Assembly: GCF_001194135.2 (NCBI RefSeq)
Contig: NC_068998.1
Location: 44,903,607-44,967,606 of the forward strand
DNA from: Octopus bimaculoides
Taxonomy: Eukaryota
Direction of reading: 5' to 3'
DNA: 64,000 nucleotides
The translations under genes were made by a program, and so were the position numbers. Below, piece by piece: positions 63,736 through 64,000 of the stretch. Below the pieces are notes generated by a model that searched no databases, had not been told where the DNA came from, and saw only the letters and a program-made list of their open reading frames with translations. How positions within the stretch are numbered: position 1 is the first letter of the stretch; each line of letters starts with the position of its first letter.

Positions 63736-64000
63736 CATGCATGTATGAATCTAAAAGACTGTTTACCATTTGTCAGTAAAGGAAAAACATTTTTTACATA
63801 ATGGTAAAAATAAAATTACATATTCACCTCTTTATGATAAATAGCTTCATTTGGACAATATTTATTTTTGGTTGGACATTAACACCTCTGCAAGGGACAG
63901 AAAGGATATAAATTTATTATAGCAAACCTATATGTGTGTACAAAACTGCAGCTGTTCATAGAAGTTGTTTTGTTGTTATTATTAACGGTGATATATAATA

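Noticed and set aside
1053-63769. ORFs of the supplied six-frame track as protein-coding genes
   Set aside because: Almost all are translations of microsatellites ([12 protein letters not shown]), N gaps or SINE bodies. Only 54480-54671, 13184-13429 and 13569-13763 contain TE-derived peptide.

Overview
AT-rich, microsatellite-laden eukaryotic draft-assembly sequence with nine N gaps. Its repeat landscape looks like a coleoid cephalopod, most likely Octopus (inference from recalled SINE families; no search was run). No intact protein-coding gene, rRNA, true tRNA or CRISPR array is supported. Nearly all ORFs in the supplied track are microsatellite, gap or repeat read-throughs, so the window is intergenic or lies inside a long intron. 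Identifiable content is transposon-derived: several tRNA-headed SINE families (labelled A-E here), 3' ends of RTE and CR1/L2-type LINEs, mariner transposase remnants and MITEs, two hAT MITEs with perfect 8-bp TSDs (one containing a nested Tc1/mariner MITE), a Tigger end, a Helentron-type element, a possible Academ remnant and a Penelope-like (PLE) GIY-YIG remnant. The most notable observation is three different minimal hammerhead-ribozyme-like motifs (20278-20356 +, 24218-24257 -, 46259-46295 +). All lie next to microsatellites, one sits directly downstream of the PLE endonuclease remnant, and one is embedded in a ~113-bp-arm fold-back. This suggests microsatellite-associated PLE/retrozyme-type families; each copy here has core defects. 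A ~190-bp-arm inverted repeat, a 30-bp minisatellite with inverted copies and inverted SINE pairs (possible ADAR substrates) also merit follow-up.
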